In this document: positions 49,061 to 62,300 of the stretch, one piece after another
Layout of the letters: every line of letters starts with the position of its first letter
Position numbering within the stretch: position 1 is the first letter of the stretch
Assembly: GCF_036365525.1 (NCBI RefSeq)
Contig: NC_090373.1
Span: forward strand, 11,791,221-11,855,220
Direction: 5' to 3'
Origin: Heterodontus francisci
Lineage: Eukaryota
Length of the DNA stretch: 64,000 bases
Notes under the pieces: model-generated
Database searches by the model: none
Seen by the model: only the letters and a program-made list of their open reading frames with translations
What the model was told of the DNA's origin: nothing
Position numbers and translations under genes: made by a program

Positions 49061-50384
49061 ATGAACAAATGGAGAAAAAGCTTCTCTCATCTCTCCACAG
49101 ACCTGAAGTCTTTTACCCCTGGTACCATCAGTAAGTTAAGCTACAAAATCCGGCATGAGGTCTGAAGATTTCTATGAAAGATGTTTTGGGTGAGGATGTA
49201 AAAGATTGGCACTTGGAAGAAGGGAGACATTTGTTGTGGCAAATAGATAAGCAATAAGACCCTTGGAAAGTATAATGTGGGATCTTTGACCATGAAGGAT
49301 TCCAAACATTGGACTTCAGATTGTAAGAATGGGATTTGTGCTGAGGTGAACTGGGACTAGGCAGGGATACAGTCCCAGTACCTTTTCATGAGGTCTTGCT
49401 AAACTATTTTACAACACCCTGAGGAAGCAGCATGGTCACGTCAGTTGCCTTCTTTGCAGGTGAGTGTGTTGACAGTTTTTGCTTGAGGTGCCATGCAGTG
49501 GTCATATGAACACTTGCACGTACTTGGGGCAGCCGGGATGGAGGTACAAATTGAGTGTTGGCATGTGAATTTAGATGATTTATTGTTGCAATCCCTGAGA
49601 ACAGCACCAAATACCCACATAACAGGTGCTGCACGGCATATTGCAACCCACAGAGAATTTTCCATACATCTATTAATTATTACATTCGATGTGGATTTCA
49701 TTTTCAATTCATTGGCCTCGAAATTTGTTGGCGGCGTGCTGGTTTTACCAGCTGTGAAACAGGGGTCTCAGCGTCCAGTCTTGTGGGTGGTGCGTGCAGC
49801 CTGCCCTGTCCTGTGCTGCTTGTGTGCCAGCTGCCATATTGGACTGGACTCATCCATCGGCATCCAGGATGCACACTGGAAGCTGTGTTTAGTGTTTAAA
49901 TGAGGGCCCTCTTGTGCGATTGTGCTGCTGCAGAACCTGGCTCACCACATGATGAACTCGTTCAGAAATTCATGCTGCTAACAGGCAGCAAGACCCCTTC
50001 AGCAGCACTACTTAAAGGGCTCATCTCTTCCAAGCATGCCATTTGTTCGTTTGCCCTTTTAGGCTGCAGGTTAACTTCTGGCTATTTTGTGGCCAGATTT
50101 CTGACTCCTACAACTTAATTTTGGTTTCTGTTAAGATGTTTTCTGTGGCGCAGGGCTGCATTTTGTCTGGCATTAAAAGTTTTACTTATTCACGGATGGT
50201 CTGGTGGGACTGCCTTTGGGAGAGGGAGCAGTGAGGAGAGAGCAGGATCAGCTGGGAGAAGGGGAGCAGGAGGAAGAGGAGGATGAGGGCTCTGCACAGG
50301 AGACCGTACCCATAACGGATGTTCAAGGAGCACTTCTCCAACCTGAACTCTTACAGATGATATTTTCAGCATTGAAGTTGTGAC

Positions 50385-50647
50385 TGTTGTATGATTGCCG
50401 TTAAGAGTGATGTCCCTTTAAGATCTTAGTATGCTAATGTGCTAACTGCCAGGATGTGGGCATGCGACTCGGAGCCAGAGTCACTCTGTTACTGTAACAC
50501 CTAGAGGCAGGTCCTGTAAATAGTAGTTCTATACTGTTTATAATATTTAGCTGTTTAATAAACCTGTTTTGAGATCTTCAACCAACTAACTGGACTCCAC
50601 GCATCTCATTTATGTTGCATGAGACAATTTAAAAAGAGCTCATTGCA
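50385..50647 (+). mobile_element. Short solo LTR
   Basis: TG...CA termini; 5-bp TSD GTGAC; internal AATAAA near 50557. Confidence 0.7.
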
Positions 50648-51597
50648 GTGACATACAATAGCTGCTCATTGACAGTGAGAGTGTATTGGCAGAGATTCTG
50701 TCATCTGGTCATTGGGTTTCTGCAGCTTGTTCAGAATGCATTTTGAAATTTTTTTTCAACCACTGTTTTAATTAGCAACTGAAATTTACAATATGCAAAA
50801 TCATGGAATCCTAGATTGATGCAGCACAGAAGGAGGCCATTTGGCCCATCGTGCCTGTGCTGGATGATGGGTGTGAGCACGTGCAGTGTACAGGAAATGT
50901 TGCAGGGATTTGCATCAGGACTATTTTGTAAACTGGCTTGACAGGATATCTCTCTACAACTTCTAACACTTTCCACTTTCTACCTTGTTGCTTTGCTACA
51001 AATAACTTTGAAAGGCAAGAGGACAAATTTGAAACGTTTGACTGAGGTAAATTTTATTGCTGTCTTTTAAAAAAAGGAAGCTCTGTGTGTGTGAGAGAGA
51101 GGAGAAATAGTCGTGTTCTAATTATACAGTGGTTATAGCTTTTGCTTTGTATTTTCTTAACTTTAAATTATGTATTAAACTGAGGTAGGGAGAAGAGTTG
51201 GAGAGTGGGGTCAGAGAAAAAAGGGGAAAGTGTACTTTTTTCATTTACTTCAATTTTTAAAAATAAAATGAATTTTGAAGCTATGTTTTATCTGCAATTA
51301 ATTACCTCCAGAGGACAGAAAAGTTCAAAGTTAATGGTTTATTGCTGTGAGATTGAAATTTGAATTTCTTATAACCATCAGAGATTGTGAAAATAAAAAT
51401 CGAGATGTTATTTTGCTGCCAATTCTCTATCGCCCATTTATACTGTCACACAAAGTCAAGATCTACCCCAGAGAGGAGAGAGAGTTTTCATTAAACATTC
51501 TAGTTTAATTAATATTTTCACCAAAGAAAAGTTACACTTTGAAAGCAAACAAAGTGCCTCTGAAGGAAATGGTTAGGAAAAGAAGAGAAAAGGGAAA

Positions 51598-51930
51598 CCT
51601 TTTTATTCATTCATGGGATGCGGGCATCACTGGTTAGTCCTGCATTTATTGCCCATCCCTAACTGCCCATGAGAAGGTGGTGATGAGCTGCCTTCTTGAA
51701 CCGCTGCAGTCCGTGTGCTGTAGGGACACCCACAGTGCTGTTCGGAAGTTCCAGGATTTTGACCCAGCGACAGTGAAGGAACAGCGATATAGTTCCAAGT
51801 CAGGATGGTGTAATGCTTGGAGGGAACTTGCAGGTGGTGGTGTTCCCATGCATTTGCTGCCCTTGTCCTTCGAGGTGGTAGAGGTCACAGGTTTGGAAGG
51901 TGCTGTTGAATGAGCCTTGGTGTGTTGCTG
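51598..51930 (-). mobile_element. 3' fragment of the same LINE family
   Basis: Reverse complement matches about 23040-23376. Confidence 0.85.
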
Positions 51931-53007
51931 CACTGCTTGAGGTGAGAGGACCTCTGGCCGCTCGGGTGGTAGTGAGGGGGAGTGTTGGGCAGAGGCTGAT
52001 GGAAGGTGAGTGACAGCAACAGTAGTTGAGTGGGAAGTAGAAAGGGAGAGAGGTAGGGGTAGTGATGGGGGTGAGGGATGATAGAGAGGGGGAGGGGTAG
52101 TTAGTGGGAAGATGGGGAAGGGGATATGACGGGAGTGAGGGGATGTATGAGTGTTTTGGCGGGTGATGAGGAGATGGGAAAGGAGCAGCTGAGGGTCAGA
52201 GTTTCCCCGCAGCCCCCACTCTGAAAGGAAGGTTGTAGCCATTGGTGACCACTCTCTCCACTAGCCCTCTCCAAGACACCAACTACCTCCTACCCAGACA
52301 GAAAAACAGGATAAGGAGCAGAAAGGACGGAAAAAGAAGCAAAGGATGAAGAAGAATTGCAGGTAGGGAAGAAGTAGCAAAGGGAAAGAGTGAGCTAGGT
52401 GAAAAGACACAGCGAGAAACAAGATCTGGGGGTGTACATTGTACATCAAAAACATCTAAATACTGACATATTAATTCACTAGCTATATCTCTAAACTAGA
52501 TTCACTAATGGCTCTGCTCTCCAGTGCTGTCCTTCCTCTCCAACCCTGGAAGTGCTGACCCCACTCTCAATCCTCGCACTTTCCTACTTAGCCTCTGCCA
52601 TGTGCTGCTCGCCTCCCCAGTATGTTAAACTAAATACACCAAACTGTGCCAAGGGCAATGATAGGCAGCTCTCCAGAACACAGAAGTTTAAATATCCTGC
52701 TGTTTGAAGGTAGAGATGATTCCACCAACAAAAATTGCAAAGAAAAATCACAAACAACAGCAAATCAAATTTCTCTAGCGCTGCTCGGACCTGCACACTT
52801 TACATTCAGGATGTGTTTGTTGACAAAGGCAACCACTAGATGGTGCACTACTTGCACATGCTCAAATGCAGAGTCATTGACTGAAACAACACTGTCAGCA
52901 ATGTCTCAGGGAGGTGCCTGTAATAAAGATGGCGCTGCTCAATCTTACACAGAAGAGTGAATAAACTCTGCATTGGCAAGTTCCATTTGGTGTGTTTTGG
53001 AGTCTGA

Positions 53008-53770
53008 GGTCTGAATTTTACAGCCCCCCCCAATGAGCAGGCAGGTGGTGGGGGAGGGGCGTAAAACTGAGTGGGAGGCTTGGGGGATGTCTCCGAGCCC
53101 CTCTCCCCCACCACCTCGCTGCAATTTTACGCGGGGCGGCGGCGAGAAACAGCCCGCCAGTCCCAGGCCAACCAAGGCCCTTAAGTGGCCAATTAACTGG
53201 CACTTAAGGGCCTCCACCCACCACCACGGGTATTTTAACCCCGGCAGTCAAGGCGGCAGAAGCCTCAAGAACCCTGCCTGGTAAAAGCAGGCGGCAATAT
53301 TGCGGGCTGTGGGGTGTGGGGGCTCCTCATCAGGAACCCTGTTTCCCAGGGAGGGTTGCATCCAAAGCCCCAACTGCCTCCAATGCACAACACTCCCCCA
53401 CCCCCCTAACCGACACCCCCACCCCCCCTTGCCTCGCTGGGGTCCGGCTGATTGACCCGGCAAAGCCCTAAAAACATACCTGTCTTTTGGGACGACTTCA
53501 CCTTGCCTCTGATGATTGGATGTAGTCCCTGCAGTGGCCACTGCTCCCGGTGGCGCTGCTGGGACTAAGAACTGCCGGCCCGCTGATTGGCCAGCAGCTT
53601 CATTAGGCGGGGCTTCCTGCCTCAAGGAGGTAGAAGTCCTGCTCAAAACCAATTAAGGACCTGGAGAATGAAAAATCCAGGCCTGGCTTGCCAGGCCTGG
53701 CAGAGGTGGGTTCGCCACCGACTTTTCGGCTGGTGGGCAGGGCCTCCTGCCCAATGATAAATTCCAGCCT
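53008..53770. mobile_element. GC-rich MITE-like element, related to 36800-37469
   Basis: ggtctgaattttac ... gataaattccagcc ends; shared internal motifs ggcccttaagtgg..aattaa and ctgattgg. Confidence 0.6.
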
Positions 53771-55471
53771 GAAAGTCAGTCGTAAAGGTGCAAACACCCG
53801 CTCCTCCCCTCAATGCTGCTTCTACCACTGCTTGCTCCCACCCGTCTGCCCGCTCACCACTTCAATTGCCGCTTGTCCTCGCCGCACCTTCACCGCTTGT
53901 CCCCCTCCCACTCCCCTTCGCCGCCTGTCCCTCCTGACCACTTCAGCACCTGTCCCTCCTCGCTGCTTGCCCCCCCACTCCCTTCGCTCGTCCCCTCACC
54001 CTCCTTGCCGCTTGTTCCCCCCACCACCCTCGCCGCCTGGCCCCCCCACCCCCTTTCACTGCGTGTTCCCCCCCACCCTCCTTGCTCCTTGTGCCCTCCA
54101 CCCCCCCTTGCTGTTTGTCCCCCTTCTACACCCCTCGCCACTTGTTGCCCCACCATTCGGCGTCCACCCCCCACAACCATCCTCCCTCACTGCTCGTTCC
54201 CCCTCACCCATTGTCCATTCCCTCACCACTTGTCCCCCTGCTCCCACACCCTCTGCTCACCCAGTTGGTTGGTTGCTCACTCCCTTGCTCCCGGCTGGAC
54301 TCTGCGCATGTGAGAACATCATGGTGTGTGCTGAAGCCAACATGCGCGAGCGCGAGTTGTTCCTGGCAACCTGGCAAATTTGAAGACGCGCTAAGATGAC
54401 ATCGGAGTTTGCATATGCGCTAGCTGCATTGGCAGCATTGGCAAGAGATCCTCCGTTACATTGAAAAGGAAAACAGCGGAGAGGAAATTCAAAAATGGAA
54501 AGGGGTTAGGTGGGAAATGAAGTGCATCATGAAGAGAAGAGTTTTGAGGGGGATTTTTCTTACTTGAGCATCTCCCAATCAAAAACCATGGCCAAGGCGC
54601 TTTCTAGATCTGAGCACAGCTTCCCTCTGTTTCAGTGTAAGTTGTAAGTTTTCCTTCTTACATGAGATATACATCCTCTATCTTTCTGATGAGTGAGAAG
54701 GCACTATCTTACAATTAAGCTAGGCCATTTAGGAGTGAATGCAGGGAACAAAGGGGAGTGGGAATCTGGAATTCTCTCCCACAAAAGACTGTGGATGTTG
54801 TGTCAATTTAAATTTTAAAGATTGAAATAGATTTTTGTTAGCTTAGGGTATTAAAGAATATGGAGCAAAGGCAGGTAAATGGAGTTGAGGTATTGATCAG
54901 CCATATGAACAGAGCAGGAGTAGGCCACTCGGCCCTTCGAGCCTGCTCCGCCATTCAATAAGTTCATGGCTGAACTGATTACTCCACATTTCCACCTACC
55001 CCTGATAACCTTTCACCCCCTTGCTTATCAAGAATCTATCTAACTCTGCCTTCAAAATATTCAAAGACTCTGCTTCCACTGTCTTTTGAGGAAGAGAATT
55101 CCAATGACTCACGACCCTCTGTCCTAAATGGGCGACACCTTATTTTTAAACAGTGACCCCTAATTCTAGATTCTCCCACAAGGAGAAACATCCTTTCCAC
55201 ATCCACCCTGTCAAGATCCCTCAGGATCTTATATGTTTCAATCAAATTGCCTCTTACTCTTCTAAATTCCAGCAGATACAAGCCTAGCCTGTTCAATCTT
55301 CCTTCAGAAGACAACCCGCCCATTCCAGGTATTAGTCTAGTAAGCCTTCTCTGTACTGCCTCCAATCCATTTACATCCTTCCCTAAATAAGGTGAGCAGT
55401 ATTGTACACAGCGCTCCTGATGTGGTCTCACCAATGCCCTGTATAGCTGTATAACCTCCCTACATTTGTAT

Positions 55472-56702
55472 TGTTATGATCCTTTAGTTTTTTTTTCTGG
55501 GAAGAATGTGGTGTGCCTTTAAGGATGGAAAAAGAGCCGGACTTAAGGCAATAAGCTCTAAAGACTGAGTCAAAGCATTCTCGTTACCTTGTATACAGCC
55601 ACTCGGACTGACCATCAGGGCGGCACAGTGGCACAGTGGTTAGCACCGCAGCCTCACAGCTCCAGCGACCCAGGTTCAATTCTGGGTACTGCCTGTGTGG
55701 AGTTTGCAGGTTCTCCCTGTGTCTGCGTGGGTTTCCTCCCACATGCCAAAGACTTGCAGGTTGATAGGTTAATTGGCCATTATAAATTGCCCCTAGTATA
55801 GGTAGGTGGTAGGGAAATATAGGGACAGGTGGGGATGTGGTAGGAATATGGGATTAGTGTAGGATTAGTATAAATGGGTGGTTGATGGTCAGCACAGACT
55901 CAGTGGGCCGAAGGGCCTGTTTCAGTGCTGTATCACTAAACTAAACTAAAACATTTGTTACAATTTAATTTTGAACTGGCTTATAGTGCAAACAGCCTGT
56001 TCTAACAGAGGAGACAGACAGCTGTGTGTTTGCACCTGAAAGAAGAGCTCTCAGCCCATTTAAATTGAAGGAAGAGAATTTAGTCCATTTATTTATTATT
56101 CTCTCTCAAAATTCTAAAAAGGTCAAGCCAAAACAGACATCTCTGATAATTTAAACTGAATGAAAGGAAGTTAGACTGTGACAATCTTTTATCCCTCAAA
56201 AATTCTAAAGCCAGATTGATTCTATTGAAAGTGGTTGCAAGTTGTTGATCTACTGTGGTCATTGCTGGAGAAGGAAAGCATCACTTACTGCTGGATGTAG
56301 ACAATGGACTGTTCTACTGTTGAAGATCCTTTTGTCTCCCCATTGCACGACTGTGAGGACTTAAAGCAACTTGGACTTTTTTACCTCCGGCAGGAATGTA
56401 AATTTGCAAGGACTCAATTTTTCTATTTTAAATGTTGTTTATATCTTTGTAGTGTTTAAGAATTTAGTTTTTCTAATTAAACAGTTAATTTGTTGATTGG
56501 AAGACACCTGGTTTGGCTAGCCTCATTCGGGGGTTAATAGATGGTACAATTTGGCTGGGTCTTTCTTTAATTTGGAAAGTTTAAGATGATATGTTAGGCA
56601 ATCTGTGGAGGGACGGGATTGAATTAACAGTGCATTTCTCCCAGCACAATCACAATCGCATATTTTGATTGGGGGCTTTGACTGGAGCAATCGGTCGTAA
56701 CA
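55472..56702 (+). mobile_element. Solo LTR containing a V-SINE, inserted in a CR1
   Basis: TGTTATGA...TCGTAACA; perfect TSD GTAT; the host CR1 resumes at 56703. Confidence 0.88.
55618..55950 (+). mobile_element. HE1/V-SINE-like SINE inserted in a solo LTR
   Basis: Same family; (ctaaa)n tail. Confidence 0.88.
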
Positions 56703-57499
56703 GTATTCAATTCCCCTCGCGATAAACGATAACATTCTATTAGCTTTCCTAATTACGTGCTGTGCCTGCATACTAACCTTTTGCGATTCATGCACTAGGA
56801 CACCCAGATCCCTCTGCATCTCAGAGCTCTGCAATCTCTCACCATTTAGATAATATGCTTCTTTTTTATTCTTCCTGCCAAAGTGGACAATTTCCCACTT
56901 TCCCACATTATACTCCATTTGCCAGATCTTTGCCTACTCACTTAACCGATCTATATCCCTTTTTAGCTTCCTTATGTCCTCTTCACAAGTTACTGGTAAA
57001 ATCCAGCCCAAAGTCTCTTAGCTTATTACACTGTTACTCTTTTGCTCTTCAAAATCAAATGGAAGTGGAGTCACCCTAAGCTGAGAACCAGGTAAAAAAA
57101 AACATAAAAAGACATGCACAAATTCACACATTTTCAGAAGAAGCACAATCTAACATATGTCCTTGTATCTGTGTTAAAAACATAAGCTCTCAGTAAATAT
57201 TTGCGTTCATTTGCAATTTATCATGGTTTCTTTCTTAAATAGACATCCCTATTTCCAGTGGTCAGATTGTGATCAAACCTGCTGCCTTGCAATAATGGGG
57301 TTGCTAAGACTTCACTCTCTCCACTACCTCAGTGTTAGAAAACTATATTGTGATTAGATTATGCTGGCATCATATTGTGCAGTGTAAAGGGGATGAGGTT
57401 CTACCCGTAAGTGCCAAACATTTTAGATTGCTCCAGGGTTAGAAATGTTTTTGAAAACTGGGAAAAATATCTAAATCTGCTGACAACAGCAAAGTGCTA

Positions 57500-59310
57500 C
57501 ACCAAGATATAGTTCACACTGAGGAAGACTCCGATCAAATGCGAGATGGCATTAACACACTTGCAGAGTGGCTGTGCAAACAACAAATTAATTTGCATAT
57601 AGATGGGTATGAGGTGATGCATTTTAGTGGAAAGAATAAGAAGACCACATACACCTTGGAAAATAAATGTTAATTGGGTTGAAAAGCAAAGGGACCTAAT
57701 GGCACAGGTACACAAATCATTAAAAATAACAACACAGGGCAAAGCACCCATAACAAGGCAAACAAAGCACTGCGGTCGATTTTTAGAGGTATATAGTTCA
57801 AAAGTACAGAAATTATCTTGAGCTTGTGTCAAACCTTGGTTAGACCACACTTGAGTGCTGTGCTCAGTTCTGGTCCCCATATTATAAAATGGACAGAGCA
57901 GCACTGGAGAAGGTGCATAAAATATTCACAAAGGTGATAACAGAACTGACGGGTTGTAACCATCAGTAAATACTGAACAGGGTGGGTTCTTTTCTCCAGA
58001 AAAGAGAAGTCTGAGAGGTGACAGGGTGGAGGTGTTTAAGATCATGAAATGGTTGCATGGAGCTCATGTAGAAAAGGTGGGCTGACCTTTTGCTTACTTG
58101 ACCTGCCTGGAGCAGGGTCGAAGGTTAGTAAGTGATGGGGACCCTGGAAGTCGGGTTCCCCTGTACACTGTGGAGTTAACTTCACAGTGTCCAGGTCACA
58201 TCACTGATTGCTCCCCCGTTGAAAGGCAAGCCTGATGGACAGGTATGGTCTCCAGTTGGGCGGGGAAGGCTGCACTGGGGAGGTGGGGGTCAATCCCTGG
58301 GTGGTGGTGGGGGGGTTTATCCCACGATTGGGGGTGGTGGGAGGGGGGAGGGGGCAGGTTGATCTTGGGGGGGGGGGGGAGGGGTTTAATCCTGGAAGAG
58401 AACAGGGTTGGTGCGGGAGTGGGGGGGCTGTCTATCCCAGAGAGGGGGAGGGGACTGGAGGCCTCAGTGGGGCTGGGGTACCGAAGGCCCAAGGTTGGGA
58501 AGGTGAAAGGCCCTGGGTAGGGCATGGGGGGGGGGGGGGGTGGTGTGGTTGGTGGGAGGCTTGGTGATGGGATTGGAGGCCTGATTTGGGGATCTGGGGG
58601 AATCAGAGGCCTCAGGGTGGGAGAGTAGGCACTGGAGACCAGAAGCTTTGCGGGGAATGTTGTGGGGTGGGGGAGTGGAGGTGTGTCTAATTGCAGGGGT
58701 TCCTCAGACAGCCACACTGGATCCAGGAGAGAGGTGTGAAGGTGCTCACCTCCTGCATCTGCCAGGTCCTTGCTTCAGTGTCGCTGCTGCATTCTCGGAG
58801 GCTCGGGAAAGCTGGTCACCAGAGTTAAAGTTGAAAAGCTGAATGACAACGAGGCACACAGCCTTGGAGGGGGTTGGAAGTAAAGCTGGAAGTAAACAGC
58901 TTTGGGTCGGGAATCAGATTTTTAAGACTTTAACCCCAGCCCCCACCCGACTGAAACCCACCCTTTTTTTAGGTTAAAATTTTCCCCCACAGATGTTTCC
59001 ACTTGTAGAAGAGTGCAAAACTTAGGATCATAAATATAAGATAATCATTAATAAACCCAATAGGGAATTCAGGAGAAACCTTTTTACCCAAATAGTGGTG
59101 AGAATGTGGAACTCACTACCACAGGGAGTTGTTGTGACAAGTAGCATAGATGCATTTAAGGGGAAGCTGAGTAAGCATATAAAGGAGGGAGGAGTAGAAG
59201 CATATGTTGATAGGATGCAATGAAGTAAGGTGTGAGGAGGTTCATGTGGAGCATAAACACCAGCACAGACCCGTTCGGCTAAATGGCCTGTTTCTGTGTG
59301 TTAAAATCTA
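57500..59310 (+). mobile_element. Classical CR1 3' fragment interrupted by a GC-rich insert (about 58077-58990)
   Basis: ccttggttagaccacac motif; CR1 tail; host reads gtagaaaag|atgtttcc across the insert. Confidence 0.78.
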
Positions 59311-59339
59311 CATAATTCGATCAGACCAAAACCCAGGCT

Positions 59340-62300
59340 CTAAAGCAGTTGACAATTTATTTAAGTGGACAGGCAATACACAGTACAATACAATGAATCA
59401 TCCCCCTCATAAAACAATAAAGATATCACTCACTTTCTCCCAATATGTCAACAAACACAAGTTCACTTCATATGCCATGAAAGCAGTTTCAAACTGGCTT
59501 AGCTTCTTTGCTGGCTGGCGCAAGCATAAACACAGAAGTTTTTCTGCTGACTGAAATGCAGCTGCACATGAAACCATCTGCAGCTAGAAGAATCTCAAGC
59601 AGCAGAACAGGGTACACCATTCGATATCCTTTGAAGACCTATTGAAACAAACGTCTGCATTTCCCTTATCGAAAGGAAACTGAGAGCCATTTATGGCATA
59701 TGATGCAGTATGAAATATTGGGACCATTTAACTCAATTAGCACCTCAGATTCCCCTCTGCTGTCGATTATGGTCAGCGTGTCTTATCTCTGAGGCATATT
59801 TTACTCTTGAGAAATATTCTGTGCGACTGTGACTTTTTTTAACCCTTCACTTGCTTCTTCCAGCTTTAAGAAATTCAAATCAAAAGTGTAATATAAAAAA
59901 TACATTTTGCCACAATCCTTTTTTTTACTCTATGCTCTTATGTTCTTTAAGATTATTATATATAAAATACAGAAATCCTTTACTCAGGAATGAGCACAAG
60001 TGCATCTTAATACATATTTCATTAGAACATTATACAGAACTTAATATGGTTCAAAAAATGCATAATTGATTGAAAATCAGAAGATAGAAATAAGATTAGT
60101 GAAAACTTCCATCAAGTTGCATTTAAAAAAGTAAAAACTGAATTAAACAAGGTAAAGAAAATGAGTCAATAACTGGTTTACATCAGAGGCTCAACATATA
60201 CTGCATGAAGCTCCAGTAGATGTAAAAGCACCACCTGCTCCAACATCCCTACCTGTTCACAACATTCAAATTGAAGTATGATGTTACTCTGTCGCACTGC
60301 CTGATGTCCGAAACACAGAAACCTGAAGGTTCACTAGTTTGATTCCCTGGTCAGTTACTGAGTTGGTTGATCTTATGCAGGGTGGTAGTTGGGGCTGTAC
60401 AACTGGCTTCATTTCCCCAATGCTAAGGTGGAGCAAAATCAGTTTGGATTCCCTACTGCTGGTTGCTATGAAGCGACCCTAGGTTGAATATGTCCAGCCA
60501 TGCATGTATATGGGTTAAGGACAGAGTTAGGCTCAGCTATGCTCTCTTTGTGAACAGCATCTTGTCTCAATATAGTGTGGCCACCTGTACAAGATAGTGG
60601 AGGGTCCCGAGGAACTGTGGTTCTGGACCCCAGCTCCTTCAGCAGAGGAGTGGAGAAAATTGGAAAAGAAACTAAAGAAAATAAGGGACTTTCTTAAAGA
60701 TGGTGAGCTCTCACTAAATGAGACAACAATATGGGAATTGTTCAGATTATTTCATGTAAGACTAGAGAATAAGTAGTCAGAATAATAGGAAAATTATATC
60801 AGTTAATTAATGCCACAAATAAATAATATATTTGATAAAGACGTATTAACACTAGCCCTCAAATGAGGTAGGACATTGTGTTCTGAGTTGCAAATCCGGC
60901 TGGTTTCAGCACTTTTATCTGTAGAAATGTAAATGTCTTGTTGACAAGATCAAACACAAACAAATCGAACAATGTCTCGTTATGCAGGATTTCAAATAGC
61001 ATCAACCAATCCGACGGTCCTTTATACCATCTCTAGACCCGAGTTTTAAACACTATTTCCTCATTGCAGTCATGCATTTAAATAACATACATAACATACC
61101 AACATATGTTCTTTGAAATGAAAAACAAATCCACAAGTTTAACATAACTTTTGCTCATTAAGTGTCTATCTTCACAATAACCAGTGACTGAGATGTAGTC
61201 AAATTCATGACTGCAACAAAATAAAGTATAATTAAACAACATTAATAGCAAATATTCTAGAGTATTTCCGCATGCTTTTACAAGAGCATTTACCAGCCTT
61301 AATCTTGAAATCAGCATTTTGCAGCAATTAGTGCGTTAAGGAATAATTCGAAATGACAGCCTTTCTGTTTGTCTCCAGTAATCTCATGAAGAGGCGCTCT
61401 CGACCACAGCACCATCTTGCAACAAATGGGTGTAGTTTTAAAACAATGTTGGAGAAGCATTCTATTAGATCCGGAGAGCATCAATTCCAGAATGGAGAGG
61501 GAGGAAGAAGGGCATGAATTAAAGCAAGCTCATGAACATTAAATTATTCGTGATTCCCAGTTGTTTAAACTTTTGAATACAGGAATCTGAGCAAATCCAA
61601 AAAAAGAGAAAAAAAACACATATTGGAAATCGGAACTAAAAATTGCAGAATGCTCATATTCCCACTCGGCTACTTTCCCTTTCATTTTGGAGTCAGATTG
61701 AGTGAACCATTTTTGTCTTTCTAATTGAAGAAACATGCAGGACAAAAAGAGGCTATTCAGCCAATCGTTTCTGTGGCGGGTTTTTTAAAAAGAGCAATCC
61801 AACACCTGACTGATAAACCATTGCAGAGCACACAGCACTATACATCGCTTTCGGGCATGTTAAATAGAAGCCACGAGCCTCCACTTTGCAAAAGTAGTTA
61901 ACACGTTTGCATTTTTGACCTATAGTTACTTCTCTCTAAAGGAACTTCTCAATCATGGTAGATCCAACCTTAAGTATGAACTTATATTCAGTTGCCATCT
62001 GACCCGCCGTGTATTGTTTTTATTCCCCCCAAAATTTTAGAGACAGAGTCAGGATGGAATGCTCTTTTCGTGAGGTACTTCTGCTAACAATACATATTAA
62101 ATATATTCCTATATCTTTAATCAAAATACTGGCACCAGTGCGCAGCAGCAGATGAATGTCACTCCTTAACTAACATACAAGAAATGACAGCATATACATC
62201 TCATTCAAATGAGCTGATAATATAAAAACAAACCAATATTTAAAGGGGAGAAAAATATCCAACATAGTCAACAAATTTGAAGCAATAATCACTGTACAAT

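Larger units (their letters stand above)
54905..56990 (-). mobile_element. Classical CR1 3' fragment interrupted by a solo LTR
   Basis: MEYNVGKWEIVHFGRKN..RGIEY, then LEFRRVRGNLIETYKI. Confidence 0.85.

Noticed and set aside
53688-54399. Pro-rich ORFs of 100-230 aa (also 58196-58717, 42029-42478 and 51646-52242)
   Set aside because: These are by-products of C- or G-rich low-complexity sequence lacking stop codons; no domain or splice support.
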